From assembly GCF_009914755.1 (NCBI RefSeq), contig NC_060941.1: a DNA stretch of 64,000 nucleotides; one strand, written 5' to 3'. Within the stretch, counting starts at the first letter, position 1. Every line of letters begins with the position of its first letter. Below, one piece after another: positions 52,001 to 64,000 of the stretch. This DNA is from the human T2T-CHM13v2.0 reference genome, Homo sapiens. The notes below the pieces were generated by a model that was not told the DNA's origin, did not search any database, and saw nothing but the letters and a program-made list of their open reading frames with translations. The translations under genes were made by a program, and so were the position numbers.

Positions 52001-53724
52001 GGCCACCAAGTGGGCGTAGCGATTACAACAGGCTCCTCTGTTTCCCTTCCCCTGGGCTTTCATCACCACGGGCCACCTGCCAGCTCCCAGGTGGCTGGGG
52101 ACCCCCTCCCCACCCATCATCAGGAATTTGCCTCATTTCTCCAAATCCTCGTGCTGGGTGCCACGCGTGTGCGTGCCACTGCTCTGAGGCCCGTCACCTG
52201 TGATTTGGGCGGGCCCTCCAGCTATGCTTTCCCATGACCTAATATGGAGAAGAGGAGAATACAGGACTTCACCGTCCCCAGGCCCTCCCAGGCAGCCACC
52301 ACCCCAGCCCGGCCCACCTCAACCCTGTCTGGTGGGGAAATGGGTTGCAGTGTCAGGTGACCACCCCCCTGAAGTTGCTGTCTTTCACCCCACACTGCTC
52401 CACCCAAGGTGCTGGCCCGGGGCTGGGTGCTGAAGAGAAAGAGGGGACCGAGAGCCTATCCTGCCTTGGAAACTGAGCCCAAACCCACCAGGCCCACCTC
52501 ACAGCATAGAAATGCCATCAAGGCTCGGAGACCAACCCACATCGCAGATAAAGAAATTGGGGCTCCAGAGGGGTGCAGTGGCCCCTTCTGCAGAGTCTGA
52601 CACCCAGGAATGCACTCTAGGGGCTACAGTTCCATCCAGTCAGCTTCTGACCCTGCCCCATCCCTAGAAGCCCTTGCTAACCCAGTCTCCTCGTGTAAAC
52701 CTTTCCCCAGGTTTACACTCCAGGCTGGGGTGGGCAAACAGGGGCTCAGCTATAGGATGGGGGAAAGGTGGGCCGTGCTAAGAGAGGATCTAAACCAACT
52801 GAGAGGGGGATGCCCCCTTCCACTCCTCTCACCCTTCTGTACCCCAAGAGACCTCAGGGTCAGGGGAGGGGCATTTCTCTCAGGTCTCAGCCCACAGGAA
52901 ACCTAAAGGACATTGCCCAAGAAGAGGCTCTTACAGAGACCCCAGCCAGCCAGCCCCCTCCCCACTCCAGGCTCCCCAAGATGTGGCTCCTCGGGCGGGC
53001 CAAGTGCCCCACTCCACAGCCCCACCCTGCCCTGCCCACCACCCCAAGCCCCGCCCTGGATCCCAGGGTCCTGCCAGGCCCGCTGGGTGGAAGGTGGTCA
53101 TGTTTCAGACTGCCAATGGTTTCCACTTCCCAGACAGGCCCAGGTAGCCCCACCAGCAGCGGAGAGAGATTCCTCAATAGCCCAGTGGCTGCCAAGCCAC
53201 CAAAGCAAACAGGACACCCCCCATGCGTACACGCACAGTGGCCACCCTGCCCCACACACACCCCGAGCTGGGCAGAGCCGGTCTGCTTTCCTGGGCTAGC
53301 TGCCTCGCTCTCACCCCCTCACTCATCAGTGCCCTGGACCACTCCTTCAGAAGCCCCTCCCCACCGAGCCCCTCTCCTTCTGCTCTTGAACCCGCCCTGG
53401 GCTGAGGCAGGGAGTGCTCCCCAACAGGTGTGGTCCTTGGAAAGTCTGTGTGGCCCTCCCAGGGACCAGCCACAGGTTGACAGGGACTCAGGGGCTGATT
53501 CTTAGAAACTTTTCCCAATACAAGGGGCTGTCCCTTCCCTCCACCCTTAATCCTTCCTCCTCCCCTCTGGTCTTTCCAGGAGCCCCAGGCCTGGATGGAG
53601 TGGGCAGAACAGATTGGCAGGTGACAAGCCGATACCCAAACACTCAATAAACTCTCCACCTATCCCAGTCCCTCAGCCCACACTGCCCCAAACCAATGAA
53701 CAGACCAGATCACACGAGGCATTG

Positions 53725-56700
53725 AACTTGGAGCAAAGCTTTAATAGCAGGCACTGGACAAACCCAGGAGGCCTCCTCAGTGAGGGGCTGCAGAAAGTAG
53801 ATACAGAAAGACAACAGGTCATGGACCAGTGCCCAGACGGACACTCGGGGCGTGGCAGTAGCATGCTGGGAGCTGGAGCTGATGGCTGTGCCCTGACCCT
53901 CGAGGTGGGGCTGTCACAGGCAGAAAGGGGCCTCAGTGTGTGGAGAGATGGACCTGCTCACAGAAGACCACCTCTCCAACCTGGACTTCCTCCACGATGG
54001 CACACCTGGTGGCTGGTCACTGTGGCTGCAGGCGATGGAGGAGGGAGGCACAGGGAACATCAGGCAGGAGCTCTTCCCCCCACCTGCCCCTGAGTCTGTG
54101 GTCCCCCCAGTCTCCCACACAGAAGGGTCCTCAGCCTCTCCCCCACCTTGGGGTCCACACAGCAGGACAGGGCAGCTTCTTACCTTCCCGGGTGGGCTGC
54201 GAGGCCAGGGACAAGGAGTACTGAGTGGCCAGCCTGCAGGGAGAGGAGCACCCATCGACCCAGGGATGCCAGCCAGCCCAGGCCCCTGCAAGCACTGCTG
54301 GGGAGAAGCAGGCCCTGGCAGAGGAGGTTCCCCTAAATTGGTGAAAAATCACAGTTGGGAATGCACAGAAATTAGCACAGGCCCAAGAATGAAAGGGCAG
54401 GGGTTCAGTGCAGCAGGAAGAAGAAAAAGAAACAGCACAGCAGTAGGCCTGGAGGCACTCACCAGGAATTTACAAGGAGAAGCTGAGCAAGTGGTTTTTC
54501 CATGTCCCAGAGGACCCAACAAATAGACCCAATTAAAGCAGGAGAGACTGTCGTTAGACTATAGATGGACTTCACCATTTTCGGGGAGCAAAAAGCTGCA
54601 ACGTGTGACTAAGCATGGAGACTCCAGGACACACTCAGCTGAAGGCCTGATCACCCTTCCCAACTGCAAACCCGACCACCACCCACCATGCTCTTCACCC
54701 TGTGGCTGATGGACTCACACAGTCATCGGAACCAGAAACCCAGGGCCATCAATGCCCACTCCTTCATATGTGTTCACCCAACGCTTACTGAGTCCTGACC
54801 GTGAGCCACGCTTACCCTGAGATCCAGGCATCCAGTCCTGCTGTTTTGAGCTATAACCTCTCTTCTGCGTGCACCACCTTCCTTCCCCTGCCCCCCCACC
54901 CAGCCTCCACCCCGCAAGACTTCTCTGGCCAGACTCCCTGCTCTAGCCCCCTGACGCGTCTCTCTGGCCCCACCCTGACCCCTCTGATCCATTTCTCCCT
55001 CTGTAGCCAGAGTGAATGTTCTAAAATATCTTGATGTTCATTCCCTTCTGCTCCAAATCCCTCCATGGCTCCCCATTGCCTACGTGATCTAGTCCAGACG
55101 CTTTAACTTGGCAGTCAAGGCTCCTCAGTCAGACTCCAGCCTGCATCGTCAGTTTCACCTCCTGCAAACCCCACAGGTTCCCACATTCACACCTCCTGAA
55201 CTTTGCTGGTGCTCAGACACCAACTTCTCCCTGGGTGAAGTGGGCCCCCAGCCCGCCCCAGCAGGTACCTGGGTGCACACTCACCGGGCGTCCTCAACCT
55301 CTAGCAAGCGGCTGTAGGTGGCGATCTCCTGCTCCAGCCGCGTCTTCACGTCCAGAAGGACCTGGTGCTCGTGGTCCTGGTGCTCTGCATCACAGCAGAG
55401 CTCGCACAGCTGCTGTTCCATGCTTCTGATGAGCCCCTGCAGCTGGGCCAGCTGGGTCCTGTAACACACCTCCGTCTCCACCAGGCTGCCCTCCAGCGAT
55501 GCTTTCTGTGGGCCAAGAGATAGGTGGTGCGATGAGATGGACGTGGGACCCTTCCCCATGGCAGAGCACTAGAGAGGAGCCCCTCCTGTATGGAGCTGTG
55601 GGTGCTGCCGGCACAGTTGGGTGGTAGTGCACCCAGCCACTGAGTGTGAAGGGACAGGCTGGGTGGGGACTCTGGTTCTCCAAGCAGGGGTCTATAAGGC
55701 TGCGCTCACCCTGGGGTGACAGGTACAGGGTGGGGAGGGGACAGAGGCCCTACCTTGCTGAGCTGGGACGGCTCAGGTTCTGCACAGAGATGTAGAGCTC
55801 CATATCTCCATCCTGCCGCTCTGCAGGGCCTCTGTGTTGGTGGCCACCTCGCAGTTCAGCCTCTCTCTCTGGAAGGCAGAGTGGGCCACAGGGGTTTATG
55901 GAGACTTTCACAAGTGGGGCACAGGAAAGGGGCTGTTCCTGAGCCCTCGCCTCCCAGAACCATCCCCTAAACCCTCCCTGGCCTCTATGGGGCCCCAAAG
56001 GCACCTGCACACAAAGACCCTCTGCACCCACGTTGGACCTTGGAGGAATTCAGCCTACTCTGCGGTCGTTTGCATTTCTTACTCCTACCGAACTACAGCA
56101 CCTCAAAGACAGGCACTGGGTGTTATTCTTTTGCACCTGTTGCTGTCCCTAGGACACCGGACACACTCAGCCTGTGCTTGCCAAGGGTATGTGTATGTAC
56201 TCAAATACACACATCCTGTAAACAGCTGTGGTGGAAACCCAAGACCAGACTTGCAGAGAACTGGATCTATTTTGCAGGCCACAGTGAAGGGCTGTGTGAG
56301 CTTGAGTCCTCTCTGAGCCTCACATTTTACATCGAAGACATGAAGGGCTGGTCCGACTGGTTTCCAAAAGTCCTTCCAACTGGGACAGCCTGTGAATCTG
56401 CCGGTGTTCCAACTGCACCAGCACACGGCGTATGTGCCCACACGTGTGCACACCTGCTTACACACGGCCACCCACCACGCTGAAGAACCAGCCCTGGGCA
56501 TCCTTGCAGCTCTTCTCCACCAGTTTCTTGTCCTGGTCACGCATCTCATTCAGGATGCAGCTCAGGTTCACTCCAGGCACAGTGTCCATCTTCACACTGA
56601 CATCCTCGTCCACCTGACCTCAAAGGGCGTTCATTTCCTGGGCAGAGAGGACAGCAGGAACTCACCCAAGGCCATCCTGGGGAAAGACCCTGGGGCCTGC

Positions 56701-58020
56701 CTTCTCTCCCTCGGAGAGACAGGTACGGATGACAGACAGACAGACAGACAGACACAGATAGGCCAACAGCTCCTCACCCTGAAGGTGGAGATGGATGTTG
56801 TCATTACTCAAACATACAGGGCTATGAATATCAGCAACCTCCCCCAACACACACTGTGACTCGGGACTGGACTTCACCCATCCCCAACAAGTGCTAAGCC
56901 CCGAGAGATGACAACCCCCCAGCACGGCAGAGAATGACCATGGGCGACCTCACTCACTGCCCTGACCTCGCCCCTACCACCGCCTTGCCCCCACCACCAA
57001 CCCCAAAGCACAGGCATGCAAAAAGCAACCTTACGCTGGTGTCACCGCACCAGGCCCCGTTAGCAAATGTTAATCTGCTGGAGGAAAGCAATTGTATAAC
57101 CAGCCTCAACGCCAGGGGGAAACACCTTCCGGGTGTCCTGCTTCTCGGGGAGTAGGCTCCCCCAGCTTAGAGCAGCACAGAGCTCGGCTGAGAAGGAAGC
57201 CACAGGACAGGGCATGTAAGACCTCCTGACCGCCCCGGCAGGACCTTGGATCTCTATCCTTGGGTTCAGCCTTGGAGTCCCTGGGACCTAGAACCTTCTG
57301 GAAAGGAGAGGCAGGAGAGGGGCAGAGAGGTGGGGTGGATACGAGTCCGACAGACCTGAAGGAGGGTCCCTGTGCAGCCGTAGATATATCCCTTAACCTC
57401 TCTGAGCCTCAGTTTCTTCACAGGTCAAAAGGAAGAAAGAGTATCTTTCTCCCAGTTTTTGTATCAGTTGAGATAATGGCTGTGAGTCACTTGTAGTGCT
57501 GGGCAGAAGTTCCTTGTTTTAATGACTATCACTATTATAATTAATTATAATAATTGGCATTGTGTGTTCTTACACTGAGTTACTCATTAGTTAGTTAACT
57601 GCAGTGAGCTGAGCCTCAAGGGACAAATGAAGTCTATTTGAGAAAAGGGCTCCTCCAGGCCTCACCCAGGGTCCTCTGAGGGTCAGAGCTAGGCATCCAT
57701 AAAGGATGGGAACTGGACTGGAAGCATGGCCCAACCCAGGGAGGTTCTGGGCCCCAGCCTCGCTTGCTTCCAGGTGAATTTCTGCTGCATTCCCTGAGCT
57801 GAACTCACCTCCTCATGGTTCTTCTTCAGGTAGACCAGGTCCTCCTTGAGGTTCTCAGGCTGCATCTCCAGGTTGGCTCCAGGCAGGGTCAGCTTGTCCA
57901 GCCCCTGGGGCAGCTCCAGAGACCCAGCCTCACTTGGTGCAGAAGTCATCAGCAGCCAGGTGGGCATCATCCACCTGTAGCCAGTATGAAGCTGGAATTA
58001 CCGATCACAGCCACCACGAT
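53725..58020 (-). pseudogene. KRT42-like type I keratin pseudogene, exons 2-8 (58020-57934, about 57915-57809, 56637-56476, 55868-55754, 55505-55285, 54233-54184, 54025 to stop 53933); exon 1 missing
   Basis: [15 protein letters not shown]...[16 protein letters not shown]; tail LATQYSLSLASQPTREG...EQVHLSTH* resembles Krt42. TGA in exon 4 (56622-56620), exon 5 is 115 nt, exon 2 acceptor reads CG, ATTAAA at 53745-53740. Position upstream of KRT17 fits the native cluster order. Confidence 0.85.
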
Positions 58021-58479
58021 CGGGGAGAGACGTGGGCTCCATGAGAAAATGCCCTTGGCAGCCTCCAGGAGACCCTCCAACACCCTTCTTGCAGCCTTTT
58101 TGGAAGTGAGCCAGGGTGGGGGTGATGAGAGTCCCCGTGGTCTTCTCTGAGCACCCTCCTGGGAATTTCTGGGACCCAGCCAAGGCCCTCGGGGGTTAAA
58201 GGGTGATGGGGGTAGGATGCCCAGGCATGGGTAAAGATGGATGCCAGGAGAGAGACCCTTATGCAGCCGTCTCCCACCATGGGGGTCATGGCCTAAGCTG
58301 CCTAGGCCTCACTCCCTCTTCCCCAATGAAATTCACCTCTAGGCTCAGCTGCCACCTCCTCCAGAAAGCCCTCTTGGATTACCTTTCTGTGTCTCTTTTC
58401 CGGGCCATACCTCCTCCCTTCTCCAGCCCGGGTGCACACTCACTGGGCGTCCTCAACCTCCAGCAAGCGGTGGTAGGTG

Positions 58480-58872
58480 TCAATTAGTTCAACTTCTATG
58501 GAAAAAGTAGGGAGGTATCTCAAAGAACTAAAAGTACAACTACCTTTCGACCCAGCAATCCCACTACTGGGTATCTACCCAAAGGGAAAGAAATCATTAT
58601 ATAAAAAGGCACTGCACTCCCATGTTTATCACAGCATAACTTACAACAGCAAGGTCATGGAACCAAGGTAAGTATCCACCAACGGTTCATTAAATAAAGA
58701 AAATGTGGTGCATATACACCACAAAGTACTAGGCAGTCATAAAAAAGAACAAAATCATGTCCTTTGCAGCAACACAGATGCAGCTGAAGGTCATTATCCT
58801 ACGTGAATTAACGCAAAAACAGCCAAATATTGCATTTTCTCATGTATTAAGTGAGAACAATGGGTACACAGG
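58480..58872 (+). mobile_element. L1 (L1PB-like) ORF2 3' fragment
   Basis: RYLKELKVQLPFDPAIPLLGIYPK peptide and following L1 motifs. Confidence 0.9.
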
Positions 58873-58879
58873 GAGCCCA

Positions 58880-59105
58880 GGCTATTTATTTGTGCTCAAA
58901 AAAAGAAACAGGTGGTGAGGCTGTGGGGGTTTAAAGGAAGCAATGTATCAAGTGAGTGAGCTACAGCTGCGATGGTGTAGCATTTTCTTTGAAACATGTG
59001 GCTACTTGAGATAATGGGAGTGCTAGAAGCAAGGAGCCAGCAAGTCTAGCAGACATGCAAGCTCTGCCTCAGCTTCTCTCCCAACACTCAGCTTTTCTCC
59101 CAACA
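58880..59105 (-). mobile_element. ERVK-class LTR 5' fragment (LTR14-like, family tentative)
   Basis: Minus strand begins TGTTGGGAGAAAAGCTGAGTGTTGGGAGAGAAGCTGAGGCAG. Confidence 0.55.
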
Positions 59106-59587
59106 GGACAGAGTAAGCAGCAGTAAGTCTCAGAGCCTTAGGACCAGAGGGGCCCCAGTGCCCCTTGGCCAGGATGCTGAGCCCAGAGAGGGCAAGATCC
59201 TGACTTGAGGTCACACAGCAGCAAGCCCTGGCAGAACTAGCATTCCTTTTGGAGAAATTCAGAGTTCATGGTCCCCAGGAGTCATTCATTTACTCATGCA
59301 TTCATTCGGCAATTACATATTGAGCATCTACTATATGCCAGGCCCACTTCTAGCCCCAGCATACAGCAGTGGACAAGACAAACCAATTCCCACCTCAAGG
59401 AGCTGATGCTCTGGTCACAGAGACAGAAAAGAAGTGAAGAAGATCACATTACATGATGCTAAAGGCTAGCAAATAAAATTACACCACATGGAATGTTGGA
59501 GTCACTCTGTCCAAATGGTGGCCACTAGCCCCATATGGCTATTTGAGTTTCAAGCAATTGGAGTAATTGAAAATTAAAGAGTTTAGC

Positions 59588-59881
59588 GGCCGGGCAATGG
59601 TGGCTCACGCCTGTAATCCTAGCACTTTGGGAGGCCGAGGCGGGCGGATCACGAGATCAGGAGATCGAGACCATCCTGGCTAACACGATGAAACTCCATC
59701 TCTACTAAAAATACAAAAAAATTAGCTGGGGGTGGTGGTGGGCACCTGTAATCCCAGCTACTCAGGAGGCCGAGGCAAGAGAACGGAGTGAACCCGGCAG
59801 GCGGAGCTTGCAGTGAGACGAGATCACGCCGCTGCACTCCAGCCTGGGGAACAGAGTGAGACTCCATTTCAAAAAAAAAAA
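59588..59881 (+). mobile_element. AluY
   Basis: Full length; TSD AAAGAGTTTAGC / AAAGACTTTAGC. Confidence 0.93.
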
Positions 59882-61068
59882 GACTTTAGCAGAGCTGCAG
59901 CCGTGCTTGGAGCTTGCAGACGCCACATCACTGTCACCACTACCTCGCTCCCATCCCCGCCGCAGCCAGGGGCATGCTCAGTCACCCCGGGCAGTGTCCC
60001 CGCTGTGGCCCTGTTGCGATGGCCACCAAGGTTGACAAAGAGGCTTGCGGGGAGGCCTACAACCTGGCGCGAGACGATGGCTTGGCCATCATCTGGGTGA
60101 CTTTTAAATATGACGGCTCCATCATCGTCCCTGTTGGGCAAGGAGCAGAATACCAGCACTTCATCCCCCAGTGCACAGACGAGATCTGGTTGCTTGCCTT
60201 CGTGTGTGTCACCACGAGGGATGCCACCCTCATCAGGTGGATCGGCAAGAACGTCAATACCTTGGTGAAGGAGGTCATACAGGATTTCGCTAAGGAGTTT
60301 GTGATCAGTGATCAGAAGGAGCTGGAGGGAGATTTAATGAAAAGCGAACTGAAGAAGACTGGGGGAATCAATTACAACGCCCAGATGGAGTAACCCCAGC
60401 TTCCCCACTGCCCCTTGCCAAAGTCATCTGTCTGCTCCCCGGGGAAGGGGCCCTCAGGCCTCAGCTACCAACCCACCAGCCCACCAGGGAGAAAAGAATC
60501 CATGAGAGGCAGCACCCGCCACCCTGCGTCCACAGCCCCCACCTTCCTGCTTCCCTTAGAACACTGCTGTGTCTTATCTCATGAAGCTCGTGGAACCCCT
60601 TTCTTTGATTTTTTTCTTTTCTCCCCCTCTCTTTTGTTCTAAAGAAAAATCATTTTGATGCAAGATCCTGCCTGTCATCAGATCCGAGGTGCCTCCTGCG
60701 GTAACCCCTTTTCCTGGCATTTCTCTTACATATAATGAGGCTGCCTAGTGGGATCTGCACGACCTCATGTTGCTTCTGGAGCCTAGATTTGTTTTGCCAT
60801 CTCAGTTTTCTTAGGTCCCCCTTCCTGTTTACCACTGAGGGGCAGCTGGGCCAGGAGCAGCACCTGGTGACTGCAGCCTTCATAAGCACACAAGTCCATT
60901 CCTGTAGTCAGGCCCAGACCTCCTGGAATCTGCCCCGGGCTCCCTCATCCCACCTTCATCCAGAGTTGCCTAAGTTGCATCTCTGGCAAATGCAGGATTG
61001 CTCAGTGGTGAGAAGGTTAGGTCTGGCTCTGACCGAATAAGGGATAAAATTTGCCTTAAAACTTGCCT

Positions 61069-61318
61069 GGCCGGGTGGATCACCTGAGGTCAGGAGTTCG
61101 AGACCAGCCTGACCAACATGGTGAAACCCCGTCTCTACTAAAAATACAAAAATTAGCCGGATGTGGTGGCGGGTGCCTGTAATCCCAGCTACTCAGGAGG
61201 CCGAGGCAGGAGAATGGCTAGAACCCAGGAGGCGGAGGTTGCACTGAGCTGAGATTGTGCCATTACACTCTAGCCTGGGGACAGGGAAAGATTCTGTCTG
61301 AAAAAAAAAAAAAAACAA
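61069..61318 (+). mobile_element. 5'-shortened Alu in the COTL1P 3'UTR
   Basis: TSD-like AAACTTGCCTGG / AACCTCGCCTGG. Confidence 0.9.
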
Positions 61319-61696
61319 CCTCGCCTGGCAGTGGCTTTGCGACAGAGTCTGAAACCACCCGTTCCCACCCTCTTGACTGAAATGTCCTAGTGACACAGAG
61401 AAGGGCAAAGGTCTGAGCCCAGAGTTGACAGAGGGACTATTTCAGGGTTCACTTCAGGGGCTCCCAAAGCAATGAGGGTGTTAGGGAGAGAGGCCCAGGG
61501 TGGGGACTGGGAATTTAAGGAGAGCTGGGAACGGATCACTTAGGTTCAGGAAGCTTCTGTACAAGCAGTAAGGATGGCTTGGGCCAGAGGGCTACTCCTC
61601 CTGTGGTGCTAGCGGTGAGCAAAGCCCTGGGCTCATGGCAGCACTAAAGCCCATGGCTTCAATCCTACACCTGCACCACACATTCAAAAGGATCAT

Positions 61697-62024
61697 TTTT
61701 TGTTGTTTGTTTGTTTTTTGTTTTGTTTTTGTTTTTGTTTTTTGAGGCACAGTTTCACTCTTGTTGCCCTGGCTGGAGTGCAGTGGTACTATCTCGGCTC
61801 ACCGGAACCTCCGCCTCCCAGGTTCAGGCCATTCTCCTGCCTCAGCCTCCTGAGCAGCTGGGATTACAGGTGCCCACCACCATGTCTGGCTAATTTTTGT
61901 ATTTTTAGTAGAGACGGGGTTTCTCCATGTTGGTCAGGCTAGCCTCAAACTCCTGACCTCGTGATCCGTCCACCTCAGCCTCCCAAAGTGCTGGGATTAC
62001 AGGCGTGAACCACCGTGCCCAGCC
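61697..62024 (-). mobile_element. Alu (AluS-like) in the COTL1P 3'UTR
   Basis: Reverse-complement Alu with (TTTG)n tail. Confidence 0.9.
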
Positions 62025-64000
62025 TGATTTGTTTTTAAAGAAAGATGAGATTGTCTTGGTTCTTCATGAGAAAATTTTATATAGCTCTTTTTCTTTTTTT
62101 CCTTGCTCATTTCATTTTGGAAAAGAAATCTGTACTGTATTGGGATTGCGAAGAACATCTCTGCACTCAAACAGTTTACAGAAAGAAATTTTGTTTTTCA
62201 AAAAAAATAAAAAGAAGAAAATTAAGAGTTCAGTTCTTCCATCGCAATAGCCACATTTCAGGGGCTTGTTAGCCGCACGGGGTGGCTGCTGTGTTTGACA
62301 GCGAACGGGGAGCATTTCCATCACTGAAGGAACTACCGGACAGGGCTGGTGTGGGGAGTGCACAGAGGGCTGGGGGCTGGATGGCCGAGGACAGCGACAT
62401 CTGGGTTGTCCTGCTGAGAAGGGGTGGCCACATGGTGACACACCAGGAGGAGGGGACAGCAGGTGCAATGTTGGCCAGACGGGGATGTGCTTGATGTGTT
62501 CAAAGGACAGAAAAGACAGACGGAGCAAGGGGAGAGGAGAGCAAGGTGGGGCTGGGGAGGTCAGCGGTGGGGCCTCTGGGGCCTGGGTAAACAGTTTTCT
62601 GCTTTACGTGGAAGGCGTCAGGAAGCCATGGGGAGAGGGGTTAAGCAGGGGAGTTGCATAGTTTGAACAATATATGAAGAATGGATTTGTGGGGGCAAGA
62701 GTGGAAGGAAGGAGCCCTAGGGAGGAGGCTATTGTGTCACAGAGAGGAAAGACTGAGACCCGGGTGATACGGGGGTGGGGAACAGCCATAGCCGAAGCCT
62801 CAGGGTTCTGGATCCAGCTGTGCCTGAAGTTGATCCCCCCTCTCCTCCCTTTCTCCTCTTGGTTACTGGGCACTGACTGGAACACCCCTCATTACTACCA
62901 CCCACCTATCCCCTCCCTCACAAAACACCTGACTGTCTCTCCTCCTATCTCTGTGCAGAGCACTCAGAAGGGACCTAGGCTTCCCTCAGTGCCCTGGGCC
63001 CAATTTCTTTTCAGAACTTTTCCCCCCTGACTGCATCCCAGGGCTGATAAGATAGCCCTGTCTAGTCACCTTGGAGTCCTGGGAAGATTCCTTAGGCCAC
63101 CTGGTGTTTCACTGACTTTCCCCACCAGGATGCTTTCCTGGAGCTGTGAGCAGGAGGCAGGAGGAACCAGCTGGCTCTGGGTCTGGGGGTGGAGGCAACT
63201 AAAAGAGAAGGCTCAGCTTCAGTTGCAACTGGAGGGACTTTGGTTTTCTCTTAGGAAGAACTTCCCCTCTATAAAAGGGCCGATGCCATCCTCGTGCATT
63301 CACAGCGGAGGGGATCTCCTAGGGGCCTAAGAATAAGGTGGAAAACCTGCTCCCTAGGGTGGGTACCAAGAGGCCGGCTCTGCTCCTCCAAAGCTGGGCA
63401 CTCATTCTCCCTCAGGACCTTTGCAGCTGCAGTTCCCTCTGCCAAGACCCCAGGTGGCTCCTCCATCTCGCTCCAAAGTCTCCTCCTGAGTGGCGTTGCG
63501 GATTGCCTGATGAGCACGGCTCCCTCCTCGGAAGCACCTTGTCTGTCTCCTGTACTAGAACGCCAGCTCCACAAGGGCAGGGCGGTTGTTGATCTTGTTT
63601 CTCTCTGTCCCCTCCTGTCTGACACTGTGCCTGGCACATGGTGGATGTTCCCAGGAGGTTTCTGGAATGAGCAGATGTCTGGGGTGAGTGTGGGCAGGTG
63701 GCTGCCATGCATACAGAGCCTGCCAGGCCCTAGTGGGCTCAGACTCACCCTCTCACTGCACCCTCCCAGTGGGGATCAGGACTTTGAGGCTTAGAGAGGT
63801 GAGGTCACTCACCCAAATGGCACAGCCAGTATGTGGTGGCCCTGGTCTGGAGAGGCCTGGAGGGGACTTGGGGGGGTTGGAGGCTGGGCCAGGGCCTGGG
63901 GACACACTGCCTTTCCGCATGACAGCTCTCCATCCGTCCACAGGCCCTGCTTCCCCTGCCAAGTCCCACCTGGGGCTTCCCTGACCACCTTAGGTCCTCA

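Larger units (their letters stand above)
59891..62220 (+). pseudogene. COTL1P: Processed coactosin-like protein retrocopy; ORF 60019-60393 (124 aa) open
   Basis: Intronless MATKVDKEAC...WVTFKYDGS...FAKEFVISD...ELKKTGGINYNAQME; 5'UTR, long 3'UTR, A-tail at about 62200-62220, degenerate TSD AAATTAA(A)GAGTTYAG. Confidence 0.95.
59503..62303. mobile_element. hAT MITE (MER33/MER3-like) split into 59503-59580 and about 62225-62303 by later insertions
   Basis: ctgtccaa..gtggccactagccccatatggctatt on the left; ttcagttcttc..tagccacatttca..tttgacagc on the right. Confidence 0.65.

Noticed and set aside
63270-63276. TATAAAA motif followed by ORF 63294-63794
   Set aside because: Downstream sequence looks like old interspersed repeat (L2/MIR-like) and the ORF has no homology; an isolated motif is not enough.

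Overview
Human (primate) genomic DNA, a mosaic segmental duplication whose content matches the 17p11.2 Smith-Magenis low-copy repeats (SMS-REP). Which copy it is cannot be settled from the sequence alone. Left to right: exon 1 and promoter of a galectin-9 paralogue (LGALS9B/C type, minus strand); an Alu/L1-rich spacer; a processed TNPO1 pseudogene (minus); an AT-rich block with an unidentified exon-like relic, Tigger1 and nested Alus; two inverted copies of YWHAE (14-3-3 epsilon) exon 3 in a fold-back repeat with ~645-bp arms; a duplicated type I keratin cluster in native order on the minus strand (KRT14-like promoter plus exon 1 only, KRT16 pseudogene, HERV-K LTR5 solo LTR, KRT17 pseudogene carrying an AluYa5, KRT42-like relic); and a COTL1 retrocopy with an open ORF. 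The most notable observation is that the intact K14-type promoter and open exon 1 lie upstream of, on the same strand as and in phase with the intact minus-strand YWHAE exon. That exon's intron appears to end in an acceptor leading straight into the antisense of the other exon copy. This predicts a keratin/14-3-3 chimeric RNA with a ~107-bp hairpin. It is an inference from splice signals only, with no expression evidence. Comparisons with parent genes are from memory and need confirming by alignment. Repeat boundaries are approximate unless a TSD is given.
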